Shown in pieces: positions 63,561 through 64,000 of a DNA stretch of 64,000 nucleotides (its first letter is position 1; every line of letters begins with the position of its first letter). Below the pieces are notes generated by a model, which searched no databases, had not been told where the DNA came from, and worked only from the letters and a program-made list of their open reading frames with translations. A program made the translations under genes and the position numbers. Origin of the DNA: a bacterium (GTDB lineage: Bacteria > UBA8248); NCBI GenBank assembly GCA_965213625.1, contig CBDBZU010000004.1, positions 2,176,001 through 2,240,000 of the forward strand. Reading direction: 5' to 3'.

Positions 63561-64000
63561 ATGTTCGAAAAAATCGAACAAATCATCGAAAAACACCAGA
63601 CGCTGGAGATGCGCCTCTCGGACCCGGCCTTGCTCAAGGACCGCAAGAAATTCGAGCAGACCGCGCGCGAGCACAAAGAACTCACCCAGGTCGTCCAGGC
63701 CTTTGAGGAATGGCGCGGTTACGAAAACGCCATCGAGGAGGCGAAGGTCTTGCTCGATGACGGCGATCCGGAGATGAGCGAACTCGCCCAGGCGGAGCTC
63801 GAGGACGCGGGCGCGAAGCGCGAAGAAGTGGAGGAGAGGCTGCGCCGGCTCCTCCTGCCCAGAGATCCGAACGATGAGAAAAACGTCATCCTGGAAGTTC
63901 GCGCAGGCACGGGCGGCCAGGAGGCCGCGCTCTTCGCGGCCGATTTGTACCGCATGTACGTGCGCTACGCCGAGGTCCAGGGCTGGAAGGCGGAGGAGCT
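63561..64000 (+). CDS. prfA: Peptide chain release factor 1 (partial, runs off the window)
   Basis: Manual translation MFEKIEQI...[36 protein letters not shown]. Confidence 0.95.
   Translation, partial: MFEKIEQIIEKHQTLEMRLSDPALLKDRKKFEQTAREHKELTQVVQAFEEWRGYENAIEEAKVLLDDGDPEMSELAQAELEDAGAKREEVEERLRRLLLPRDPNDEKNVILEVRAGTGGQEAALFAADLYRMYVRYAEVQGWKAEE

Overview
Bacterial chromosomal window, mostly GC-rich with a lower-GC tract at about 8.8-18.9 kb. The housekeeping gene orders (M50 protease-trpS-ileS-lspA-rluD; DUF507-DUF507-coaE-rho-rpmE-prfA) suggest a Nitrospinota/Tectomicrobia/Deltaproteobacteria-like organism, which is inference only. Contents in order: a truncated DMSO-reductase-family Mo enzyme, amidohydrolase, TauE, SDR, moaB, coaD, aspC, MFS and tyrS; a MoxR-type AAA ATPase with a 657-aa YehM/vWA-like partner, DUF2877 and panE; an accessory patch at 19.5-29.2 kb (MITE/REP-like repeats, rhlE, a ferredoxin fragment, ridA with a duplicated 3' end around a Kef antiporter, higBA, a Y-family polymerase with a Zn-finger partner); a catabolic cluster at 29-41.6 kb (dehydrogenases, tandem Gfo/Idh/MocA, haloalkane dehalogenase, cupins, hydrolases); aminoacyl-tRNA synthetases, a beta-oxidation operon, gcvT-gcvH-gcvP-lipM, tRNA-Gly(CCC), PHP, a degenerate WYL regulator, rho, an extended L31 and partial prfA. 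The clearest hidden structure is an intact IS110-family (IS1111-group) element at 35884-37265. Its 3' non-coding region folds into a bridge/seekRNA whose loops match the reconstructed target (CGGGC-CG-CATGTA, inside a REP-like palindrome) and the donor junction. No CRISPR array was found. All family calls come from motif recognition by eye; no database searches were run.
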